Shown in pieces: positions 36,898-45,846 of a stretch of DNA of 64,000 nt. The stretch comes from an uncultured virus (IMG/VR IMGVR_UViG_3300044617_001027). Lineage: Duplodnaviria > Heunggongvirae > Uroviricota > Caudoviricetes. Positions within the stretch are counted from its first letter, which is position 1; every line of letters starts with the position of its first letter. The position numbers and the translations under genes were made by a program. The notes below the pieces were generated by a model that was not told the DNA's origin, searched no databases, and worked only from the letters and a program-made list of their open reading frames with translations. Where the stretch lies: IMG/VR virus record IMGVR_UViG_3300044617_001027; one strand, written 5' to 3'.

Positions 36898-37815
36898 TTA
36901 TTTAAATGTTAAGTTGAACAAATCTTTGTCAATTCTATTTTTAACATAGTCTTCTAGTACTTTCATGCTATAAGAGTTATCTGACAAATCAAAATGACCA
37001 TCCCAATCACCTCCTTTTTCCTTCCAAAATTTTCTTCCGGTTTCCGACTTTAAAAAATCTTCTATTTTTTTTACATTGTCATTAGGATAAAGGCTATTAT
37101 ACTCATCCATTACGTCTCTATAATTGCTCTGAGCGACTCTGTCCGGAATAAACCCGTATCTCAAAAATACATAATAACCAAAAAGATTTTCTGCTTTTAA
37201 AAACTCTCCTTCTATTTTTCTAATTTTACCAAAAGATTTCAGATTAGCAATTTGTCTTACTAAGATATTTAAACCAGCTCCTGAAATATCTTCACCTCCT
37301 TTATTTGCTATATCTATGAATTTATTGGTTAAAGTTCCCGTGTTAAAATCATATTCTCTAGCAATATCATATCTCTTAGACTCAAAAGTGAATGTTGTTT
37401 TACCGTTGTTTTTTTTCTCAATTATAACTTTTTTTATATCTGATACAGGAGTGTCAGGAGGTATACCAGTCATGTAAGCTAATAGTCTATATTCTCTCTC
37501 TGTTTTTTTGTCCATAAATTTTTTATCAGTTAATTTCTTGGCCTTTCTCCTAGTCAAATTATCATTTGATTCAGAGGATCCGAAAAATCCTGAAAAATCC
37601 TCGTCAGTTACTCTCTTATAAGATACTAACCCGGTGGGGAATACATAAGAATTTTTATCTACCTTAAAATCACTGACTGAATTTAATTTCTTAAAAGCCT
37701 TCTCCGATTTAGAAATATCTTTGACAATCTTACCTATATTCTTTTCGTGTATTTTTATTTTCTTAAGACTGTTCTCTAAATCTTTTAAAGTTTTTTTCAT
37801 ATCATCAGATGCCAT
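36898..37815 (-). CDS. hypothetical protein with possible GNAT-like C-terminal domain
   Basis: GAG..ILVRQ..GYYVFLRYGF pattern. Confidence 0.45.
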   Translation of the reverse strand: MASDDMKKTLKDLENSLKKIKIHEKNIGKIVKDISKSEKAFKKLNSVSDFKVDKNSYVFPTGLVSYKRVTDEDFSGFFGSSESNDNLTRRKAKKLTDKKFMDKKTEREYRLLAYMTGIPPDTPVSDIKKVIIEKKNNGKTTFTFESKRYDIAREYDFNTGTLTNKFIDIANKGGEDISGAGLNILVRQIANLKSFGKIRKIEGEFLKAENLFGYYVFLRYGFIPDRVAQSNYRDVMDEYNSLYPNDNVKKIEDFLKSETGRKFWKEKGGDWDGHFDLSDNSYSMKVLEDYVKNRIDKDLFNLTFK

Positions 37816-38842
37816 GTTCTTTCATTTTATTTAAAAAATCTTGATAAGTATTTAATCTATCCTGTTTACTATTTCCGTATAATTTATTTAGATTGTCTTT
37901 ATTCAAATCTCTTACAATGTTATACCAATCTCCTTTCTTTTCCTGAGTGCTAGTTGTTTTTCCGAATACAGATAACGCATATTTTCTTTTTTCCGGGTGT
38001 TCCCTATTATGTACTTTAAGTATATCTTTTATTACAAACTGCACATATTGTTTGTCCATAACTTTCATGCATTCGTGCATAAAAGAAGTATCCTCCCCAC
38101 TTAAGCCCCAGAATCCTAATGGAATATTCGCTCCAGCTTTTATTAATTCAGAGCTTATACATAAAAGACTTCCATCAAATTTAGGATGATATAATATGTC
38201 TATATTTTCAGATGTCTCATATCTTTTATTTATTTCATCCATTTCTTCTTTAGTCATGACATATCGTATAGAATGTTTTTCGGTAAAACATCTAGGGTCT
38301 GATTTCTCGTAGTATTGTAGATTTGTAAATTCAGGATGTTCTAAAGGTTCCCAAGAAGAATCCCACATTTTTCTGTCTGCAAAAGTAGCAATGTATCTAA
38401 AGACATTATGAGGAATAGCTGATTTTTTTATTTTGTCTAGGACATTAAAAGCACAATGAGGCACCAAGCAGTCGGTCTCTCCCCAAATAACCCAATCTAC
38501 CTTGTTAGCATATCTATAATTTAAGTCTCTTCGATAATTTACCATTGTATAAGGCTCCTCTGTATCTTTAGGTAAATCAGTTTGAACTATATTACAGTTT
38601 GTTTTTTCTTTTAATGAACTGATTATTTGCATGAATTTCCATGTTATCTCAGTTAATATCTGTTTACTCTCACATATTTCAAAGGAATCAGAAGTATTTA
38701 ATAGTAAATCTATGTAAATATTCTCCTGGTTTTCTATATTTTTTACAGAGTCAATTATGCTATTAATCAGATAGGGTAACATATCTATCTCGTAAAACAT
38801 AACATTGGTGCCTATAACATATTTGTAATCTAACTTAGTCAT
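37805..38842 (-). CDS. GT-A glycosyltransferase-like protein
   Basis: YRRDLN, WGETDC, EDT motifs within the GT island. Confidence 0.65.
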   Translation of the reverse strand: MTKLDYKYVIGTNVMFYEIDMLPYLINSIIDSVKNIENQENIYIDLLLNTSDSFEICESKQILTEITWKFMQIISSLKEKTNCNIVQTDLPKDTEEPYTMVNYRRDLNYRYANKVDWVIWGETDCLVPHCAFNVLDKIKKSAIPHNVFRYIATFADRKMWDSSWEPLEHPEFTNLQYYEKSDPRCFTEKHSIRYVMTKEEMDEINKRYETSENIDILYHPKFDGSLLCISSELIKAGANIPLGFWGLSGEDTSFMHECMKVMDKQYVQFVIKDILKVHNREHPEKRKYALSVFGKTTSTQEKKGDWYNIVRDLNKDNLNKLYGNSKQDRLNTYQDFLNKMKEHGI

Positions 38843-39575
38843 ACTTGTTATTTAGAAAATTATAAGTTTCTTGCATCCATTCACCGGGAGTCGGTTTAAC
38901 TCCGCCATTAAAATGATAAATCCAGCCAAAATTAGTGTGCAGCATATCCGGAGTAAGAACTTCAAATCTATTCATATCCTGCATGTTGTATTCGTAAGGA
39001 AGATACACTTTTTCTATGTTGTGTATTTCCGTCAAATAATTTAAAATAGGTTGATCTTTACCCACCCCAAGGGATTGAAAGTCTTCTAGTTTACCCTTAT
39101 TCTCTGCGTAAAAATCTTTTACAGCCTCAAAGAATTTTTTATGAGACTTATTGAATATCATAACCCCGGAATTAAAGTAACGAAACGGGTTTACCGATAC
39201 AGATTTATTAAACAGAACATCAGAACAATTTTCAATACTCCTGCATACCCAATCCATACATCCGAAATTTCTGACTACTCCGAACTTGTCTCCTACCAAA
39301 TCAAATATGTAGGGCATTTTAGGATGTACTATAGTATCAGAATCTACATATAAAACTCGATTGTAATCAATTCCTTCGATGTCTAGTATGTTTAGGATAA
39401 ATATTTTATTCCACTGGAATCCTAAATCAGAAACAACTTCGGAAGATATAGAAAATAATTCTACGTTATTTGCGTCACACCACTTTTTCCAGGATTTTGA
39501 GCTTATCGAATATCCCTGGTTAGCGGATCTTTCAGATTTATCTATCGCTATTTGAACAACTATATCTTTACTCAT
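38835..39575 (-). CDS. glycosyltransferase family 8-like
   Basis: YVDSD, YFNSGV, DQPILN, IYHF. Confidence 0.85.
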   Translation of the reverse strand: MSKDIVVQIAIDKSERSANQGYSISSKSWKKWCDANNVELFSISSEVVSDLGFQWNKIFILNILDIEGIDYNRVLYVDSDTIVHPKMPYIFDLVGDKFGVVRNFGCMDWVCRSIENCSDVLFNKSVSVNPFRYFNSGVMIFNKSHKKFFEAVKDFYAENKGKLEDFQSLGVGKDQPILNYLTEIHNIEKVYLPYEYNMQDMNRFEVLTPDMLHTNFGWIYHFNGGVKPTPGEWMQETYNFLNNKYD

Positions 39576-40374
39576 AATATTTTTTTACTAGCTCCCATGT
39601 TTTTGCCATTAATTCATATCTATCTCCTCTAGTTGGAAATCCGCTGAACATCCATAACCATCCGTATTTAATAAAAAACGGATCCTTATTTCCTGTTTGC
39701 CAATTATGACTCATCCAATTAAATCTATTTAGATGCGTAAGCATATAGGCAGGATTAAGTGTATGAACATCAAAAGGAATGTTATTGTCCTGTAAGAAGT
39801 AATTAAAAACAGGTTGGTCTGTTCCTCTTTTTATCTTTTCATTCTCTAAGAACATAATTTCCTTGTTCTTATCTTTAAAAAAGATTTCTAAGTCAGATAG
39901 GAAGCCGTAATTTTTAGCATTAAGGATAACATTACCGGTGCATATATATTTCTTCAAATCAAAAACTACAGAGAATAAATCTTTATACCCTTGTATTCCT
40001 TCATTTATCCAATATAGATTTTCTAGAGATCTGTGACCATAAACAATTTCCGGATTAAGTTCTTGTTGATTCCAAGGAGCAGGGGCGTCCCATCGTATCA
40101 TCGTAGACCCGTCAACTGCCCATATCCAATTAGGAGTAACCCCTTTGTCGGATATAACTCTTTTCATATCAAACCACCTCTGCCAAGTAACTTTTGTTCC
40201 AGGTTTTTCTGGATTATAATCCGGTAATTCGTAAGGTACAAAAACCACATTATTTTTTTGGCACCACCATTCCCATGTTTTTCTCGATACATCAAGATAA
40301 CTAAATCCGCCATGTTTATCATTCATGTGAGGGTCTTTGTTCTTGACACCAATCCAATAAACAACATTTTGCAT
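39568..40374 (-). CDS. glycosyltransferase family 8/34-like (paralog of 38835..39575)
   Basis: SxKTWxWWC, VDGST, DQPVFN. Confidence 0.7.
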   Translation of the reverse strand: MQNVVYWIGVKNKDPHMNDKHGGFSYLDVSRKTWEWWCQKNNVVFVPYELPDYNPEKPGTKVTWQRWFDMKRVISDKGVTPNWIWAVDGSTMIRWDAPAPWNQQELNPEIVYGHRSLENLYWINEGIQGYKDLFSVVFDLKKYICTGNVILNAKNYGFLSDLEIFFKDKNKEIMFLENEKIKRGTDQPVFNYFLQDNNIPFDVHTLNPAYMLTHLNRFNWMSHNWQTGNKDPFFIKYGWLWMFSGFPTRGDRYELMAKTWELVKKYYE

Positions 40375-40377
40375 AAT

Positions 40378-40875
40378 CTATAATTTGTTTTTATTTCTCA
40401 TCAAATAGCCTAAGTATTTACTCTTAGATTTTTTTTCTAAGATATAATTTCTATGTATTTGATTTCTAGAATTATTACACCACTCTAAATTGGAGACAGT
40501 ATTATTTGTCTTTTCTCCATCTATGTGATTTACTTGTGGGTGATTATTAGGGTTTGGAATAAAAGCCATGGCGACTGCTCTGTGCATAGCCATATTAAAT
40601 CTAGCTACAGTACCGGTCTCCTTAATTGGGTAGGAAAATCTAATCATTAAATACCCAGCTGTTGTAAAAGATTGAGCGAGAATAGATTCGCCTAATGTGT
40701 ATGTTGAGTAATTATACTCGGAACCATCTTCCTTTTTTCTTTTTTGTACGCATAATCTTTCCATCCTTTTTACTCTACCTAGATTAGATACTTGATACCA
40801 ATCTTCATAATTTGGAAAAGGTCTCCATACCTCGCCGGGTAAAGGTTTTAAATCCATATTTTCACGAATCTCCAT
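40378..40875 (-). CDS. NUMOD4-HNH homing endonuclease
   Basis: EVWRP..YQVSNLGRV; HRAVAMAF, VNHIDG..NN...NLEW. Confidence 0.9.
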   Translation of the reverse strand: MEIRENMDLKPLPGEVWRPFPNYEDWYQVSNLGRVKRMERLCVQKRKKEDGSEYNYSTYTLGESILAQSFTTAGYLMIRFSYPIKETGTVARFNMAMHRAVAMAFIPNPNNHPQVNHIDGEKTNNTVSNLEWCNNSRNQIHRNYILEKKSKSKYLGYLMRNKNKL

Positions 40876-41006
40876 AGGATAGACTTAAAAAAAATCGGGA
40901 TGGCTTTCCATCATCTTCAAATAACTTTGTTGTTTTACTTAAACTACCGATTCTAGATTATTAACTAATTAATATATAATAGTTATATGACAAAAGAAAA
41001 ATAACA

Positions 41007-42266
41007 TTACTCTAGTAAACAAGAATCTTTGCCTGTTTGTTGAACCAATTCCCAGTATTTTTTACCTGCTGTACCAGAAATATAAGAGTCCTCTTCGTTA
41101 TAAGGTAATTTATCTATATAATTAGCCTTACAGAAATATTCCGGATTTCCTTCAACTACTCCGGCGTTATGAAAAATATTGTTTCGGTACCATGAATTTT
41201 CGTCATCAGTTGCCCAAGAAAAAGATAAGTTACCATGCACAATTGTGCTAGCGTTCATTTTCCATCCGTTAAATAATATTGCCCACATATCCGCACACCA
41301 TATTTGAAGTTCGTTATAACTAGGATTTTCTTGCTTTTTTAAGCTATTAATTGCTGTGATATCTCTAAATAAATTCTCTGAATCTCTTTCTACATCCTGC
41401 CAGAAATGAAGAGTGATATATTTTAGCAGGTATTGTGCTCCTATATTATTGTAATTATTCTCTAATAGCTTTTCTTGAGGTATATTTGCTATAGAGCAGA
41501 CGGAATTAAGTACATCAATTCCTTTACTATCTATATAATCGTGAGAAAGATATGAATTACAATCAGAACCATACCAATTACCATCCTGTATCATATCATC
41601 GCTAATCCATTGATTTATAGGTCTAGTAAATACAATGTCACAATCATGGTAGAATATAACATCGTTAACTAAGTCAGGATTTCTTTCCCAGTGCTGCTTT
41701 AAAATATTAGGTCTTATCGAAGAGACGTAATTTTTAGACTGTCTTGTATCCGGGTAAAAGTAGTATTTTACCGAATTGTATTTCATAATGAGCTTAAACC
41801 ATAAATTAGGAATCGTGTTCGTCTCATCAAGTGCGCAAACAATGTTAATGGAAGAAGGGTCTACGCCCATTTCTAAGAAGTTTTTAATCATAACTTCTAC
41901 CTGCCAAGCATAGTATGAGGTAGCCGGTTGTGCGCAAATAAATTTCAATCTATCTGATGGAGTGCGCTCTAAAACAGGAACCGGTGGAGGATTGTACTCA
42001 GGTATTTGATTCACTAATTCTTGGATTTCCTTTGACATACTCTTATCTATTTCAGCCCATTTTCCTTCCGGGCAAGCGTTTTCCACCGGAGAGAATATCT
42101 TACTCTTTAATAAACATCCACATACACCACAATGAATGGTTGGGGATGTCTTTTTGTGTTCGCAGGTATCGCAAACTGCGATACGAGCCTCCGCTAATTT
42201 ACTTTGTTTTTCGTTGGGGTTTAATTGGATTCCCCATGACCTTAAAATCTCTATAAATTTGTTCAT
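41007..42266 (-). CDS. DUF6171-like Cys-rich domain fused to an HPAT/SERGT-like O-glycosyltransferase domain
   Basis: N-terminal CxxC..CGVCGC..CP.GKW; C-terminal YYAWQ, RP.IL..W, HDCDIVF, WCADMWA, HNAG. Confidence 0.6.
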   Translation of the reverse strand: MNKFIEILRSWGIQLNPNEKQSKLAEARIAVCDTCEHKKTSPTIHCGVCGCLLKSKIFSPVENACPEGKWAEIDKSMSKEIQELVNQIPEYNPPPVPVLERTPSDRLKFICAQPATSYYAWQVEVMIKNFLEMGVDPSSINIVCALDETNTIPNLWFKLIMKYNSVKYYFYPDTRQSKNYVSSIRPNILKQHWERNPDLVNDVIFYHDCDIVFTRPINQWISDDMIQDGNWYGSDCNSYLSHDYIDSKGIDVLNSVCSIANIPQEKLLENNYNNIGAQYLLKYITLHFWQDVERDSENLFRDITAINSLKKQENPSYNELQIWCADMWAILFNGWKMNASTIVHGNLSFSWATDDENSWYRNNIFHNAGVVEGNPEYFCKANYIDKLPYNEEDSYISGTAGKKYWELVQQTGKDSCLLE

Positions 42267-43303
42267 GATTCTTTAGTTATTCCATTCAGGTTTGCCAAAA
42301 TATTATAAAAATGTAATACAAAATTCTGCGGGGAATACATATCAATCAATGTCTTCCTCACATTACTATTAATATCTTTAACATCATTATTGTTCAATGA
42401 TAATACAACATCAATAAGATTATTTAAATCATCCCAATTATTATTACATGCAAAATAAGTCTCTCTATCTATGTAAGGATTAGGATAAGTAATGACATTA
42501 TCCATGAAAGGCTTAATCAATATACATCCAATATTCCATGTTTCAAAATCTCTAAAACATATCTCACCCATGCCAAAAGGAGATATGGCACATTTACTCT
42601 TACTCAATGCTACACTATAATCTTCAGGATTAAGCCTGCTAGAAACGATATTATAGGTACCATCCAATTTACCCAACTCGTCCAAGCTCCGCTTTCTATG
42701 TCTGCTATAATATAAATCGTTGCGAATTCCAAAGTCATAATTCTCCTTATGATCCGCTTGATAAACTGCAAATATATCATGTTCCTTTTTTACTTCATGA
42801 TTCGCGAATTGCAAATAATGTGGATGATAATACCCGAGATTATAACCAGATAAAACAATGTCATCATATCTTTTTACATCATAGGAAACCTTATCCTCCC
42901 GGCCGGCATACATGTTCCACCATTCCTTGCCCAATGGAGATGGAATGCTATATACATCTTTACTATATATTTGATTCTTTATTAATTTTTCTGCATTGCT
43001 ATTTTCAAATACATCATAAGATCCTAAAATAGATGGAGAATCAGAACCATCATATAGCATGAATCTTCCATCTATCTCATGTAATCTTTCTAATCCATAA
43101 TCAATAGAATCCCGTAAAGACTTCGCCCGCCGGTTAACAAAACATTCATCACCTAAAATGCTTATATCCCAACTGTCTACTATATCCCCAGCAATAATAA
43201 AATCTATTCCTACATCTTTGAACAAATCTTTATACATCAAAAATCCTCTATATGTAGCTTTATTTCTACCCTTAGTATCATCAACTAATCTAATACGTAA
43301 CAT
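42263..43303 (-). CDS. GT-B glycosyltransferase-like protein
   Basis: SKCAISPFGMGEICFRDFE..GCILIKP. Confidence 0.75.
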   Translation of the reverse strand: MLRIRLVDDTKGRNKATYRGFLMYKDLFKDVGIDFIIAGDIVDSWDISILGDECFVNRRAKSLRDSIDYGLERLHEIDGRFMLYDGSDSPSILGSYDVFENSNAEKLIKNQIYSKDVYSIPSPLGKEWWNMYAGREDKVSYDVKRYDDIVLSGYNLGYYHPHYLQFANHEVKKEHDIFAVYQADHKENYDFGIRNDLYYSRHRKRSLDELGKLDGTYNIVSSRLNPEDYSVALSKSKCAISPFGMGEICFRDFETWNIGCILIKPFMDNVITYPNPYIDRETYFACNNNWDDLNNLIDVVLSLNNNDVKDINSNVRKTLIDMYSPQNFVLHFYNILANLNGITKES

Positions 43304-43329
43304 AAGTTCAACATTTAGGAATAATCATA

Positions 43330-44100
43330 TTATAATTTAGAATACATTTCATTTTGACTTATCTGCTTATTAATATCCTTAACATGTAATAAGCACCAAT
43401 TCCACTCACTAGGAATAGCAGAGTAATGTGAATACCCTGTAATTACTTCATGTACTTTATTCTTAAATCTAATACTATCCTTGTTCCTATATATCCTAGT
43501 TTGATAATCCGGAAAATTAATAATAGGCTTATGATAAACAACAATCCTACTATCTCCTTTATCGTTTACCTTATAATCTTCTTTAATTAGATTATTCGTC
43601 TCAAGAACCTTATAGAAGTCACTGTAAATGCTTATAGGCTCCGTAGTAGAACCCATAGCATTATTCTGTTTACCTATATTCCATTTCCATTGATTAATCC
43701 AATCCTGTGTAATACCTTCTACTATGTTTACCCGAGGAACTGCAATCATCTCCATGTTTTCATTAATCTCCAACAATTCTCTTAAATTATAAAGCAAATA
43801 TTGATTCAACAATTCATCTGCATCAATTTGAAAAATCCATTCTCCTCTTGCATGATTGAATAAATTGTTTTTAAATGTAGCAAAATCTCCGTTCAATGGA
43901 AAATTTACATGCTTTATAGAATCCGAGATGTCATGATTATTAATTACATGCAGAACATCTTTAGTTACCTTGGAGGAATCTGTCTGTACTATAATTTCCG
44001 TATCTATTCCCAAAACGCCTTCTAACTGGGAAAGTAATACAAATAATTCCTCGTTCTCATTGCAAGCAGTAACACAGTAGGAAATAAATATGTTATCCAA
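43330..44100 (-). CDS. glycosyltransferase family 2
   Basis: ISY..T.CNE, WIFQIDADE, PDYQTRIY, VHE. Confidence 0.88.
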   Translation of the reverse strand: MDNIFISYCVTACNENEELFVLLSQLEGVLGIDTEIIVQTDSSKVTKDVLHVINNHDISDSIKHVNFPLNGDFATFKNNLFNHARGEWIFQIDADELLNQYLLYNLRELLEINENMEMIAVPRVNIVEGITQDWINQWKWNIGKQNNAMGSTTEPISIYSDFYKVLETNNLIKEDYKVNDKGDSRIVVYHKPIINFPDYQTRIYRNKDSIRFKNKVHEVITGYSHYSAIPSEWNWCLLHVKDINKQISQNEMYSKL

Positions 44101-44560
44101 TTTCTCTGTATTTTGGAGCGTTTAATTCATATAGTTTCTCAAAGGCCAAAGCAAAGCCGTTCGCGTCAAATTCAATAGAGTTATCCACATCTACTTTACG
44201 TTGAATCTCTGCATTTGGGTAAGACTCTACATCATCCTTAGTAAAATCCACAATAGCACAAACTTTCCATACTAATTTCCTATTCTCACCCTCGTCCGGA
44301 AAAATAACCGCCTTGTCCAATGAGAATATAAAAGGGTACCAAACGCAATGGTCCACGTCAATGTGCCGCTTGTCGATACAAATCCGGGGCAGCGTCGACT
44401 CATACTGAATCTGATTATCCGAGCCAAGAACAAGACTTGAGTCCGTATAGTAGCCGCTGCCCATACATAATTTGGTAAGAATTCCAGAGTCAGTAAGTTC
44501 AACAATAACTTCGTCTTTCCCTGTAATAGGAGATTTCTCTTCTAATGTTTCGCTAATCAT
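44093..44560 (-). CDS. conserved hypothetical phage protein
   Basis: 155 aa. Confidence 0.7.
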   Translation of the reverse strand: MISETLEEKSPITGKDEVIVELTDSGILTKLCMGSGYYTDSSLVLGSDNQIQYESTLPRICIDKRHIDVDHCVWYPFIFSLDKAVIFPDEGENRKLVWKVCAIVDFTKDDVESYPNAEIQRKVDVDNSIEFDANGFALAFEKLYELNAPKYREIG

Positions 44561-45846
44561 TCTACTAGTTTTAGTTTTGGTAATTTTAATGTATTTAATT
44601 TAGGTTGATTACTAGACTGATTTATTTCAATAGAATCCAGGATTTCCTCTAACTTATCTACCATTTTCTCAAAAGAAAAATGAGTTAGTGTATGTACTCT
44701 TTGCTTTTCTGCATTCTCCTTATGTTTTTTATATCTAGTAAAAACATCTGCAATAACTCCAGCCGAATACATATAATCTACGGTAAACCATTTTGCGTCC
44801 TGAATAAACCAATCGTTTACTACAGATCTATCTACTTGTTCCAATCTACCAGGAAGAAGTGAAGAATACTTAGGGTGTAAGAAGTCAAGCTGTCCGGACC
44901 AATTAGAAGCGATAATAGGCTTTCCAGTTACGGAAAATTCTGCTAAAGGCCTGCCGTATCCCTCTCCTTTAGTGAAAGAAATCATTGCTTTTACTTTTGG
45001 GTCGTTGTATAGATTATTCATTTCTCCATCTGATAAATCTCCATGAAGTACATAGATGTTAGGTCCAGCTTCCCCGTCTAGTATAGATCTAATTTTAGAT
45101 TGTATTTCATTTAAATCACCTACCGAGTATTTACCTCCACTAGTTTTTAATATTAACGCCGGTCTATTGTTTGCGGGCATTCGTTTAAAGGTATCAAAAA
45201 ATACTTTTATCATGGCTCCTACATTCTTTCTATCATTTCCAAAAGAACCTTGCAGCCAATGTCCTACAAATAGATAACAGAAGTCTTCCTTGACATGCTC
45301 TAAAATCCCCATATTTTCATCAGGATCCATTTTATTAGTGTATAGTGTCGTGTCAACCCCCTCAAATAAAATCTCCTTCCTGAGGCTATCTCTGAGCTTT
45401 AGAGTTCCTTCGAGTTGATTTGTATTTTTGTTTACTTTGTCAAAAACAGAATCGTTTATAACATCCAAAGAATGCTTAGATGTTGTAAGAAGCATATCCA
45501 TGTTATTACATCCTTCAATCCATTTAGGAGCACACATGTCTGTCTCAATTCCAGCAGTAAATCCTATATTATATTTCCCACATCTAACAAATTCATTAGG
45601 AATAGTCAGTTGTATAAAAATATCGTCATTTGCGTCAGTTTTAGGTACAATTCTTTTAATAATCTCCAAATCATTTGGATTATTTTTGTCTAGTGCATTA
45701 GTCGGAGTGTTTCCCCATGCTGTAGAGACAATTTTTAAATCGTACTTGTCCTGTAATGCAATTAATGCCCAGGCAATATCTCTTCCGTGCGCTCCATATC
45801 CTGAGGCTGTATATACAGGTGCTACTAGAGTTACTTTCTTTTTCAT
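44557..45846 (-). CDS. glycosyltransferase family 4
   Basis: SGYG, RKN, GEGYGRPLAE, SGQLDF. Confidence 0.9.
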   Translation of the reverse strand: MKKKVTLVAPVYTASGYGAHGRDIAWALIALQDKYDLKIVSTAWGNTPTNALDKNNPNDLEIIKRIVPKTDANDDIFIQLTIPNEFVRCGKYNIGFTAGIETDMCAPKWIEGCNNMDMLLTTSKHSLDVINDSVFDKVNKNTNQLEGTLKLRDSLRKEILFEGVDTTLYTNKMDPDENMGILEHVKEDFCYLFVGHWLQGSFGNDRKNVGAMIKVFFDTFKRMPANNRPALILKTSGGKYSVGDLNEIQSKIRSILDGEAGPNIYVLHGDLSDGEMNNLYNDPKVKAMISFTKGEGYGRPLAEFSVTGKPIIASNWSGQLDFLHPKYSSLLPGRLEQVDRSVVNDWFIQDAKWFTVDYMYSAGVIADVFTRYKKHKENAEKQRVHTLTHFSFEKMVDKLEEILDSIEINQSSNQPKLNTLKLPKLKLVE

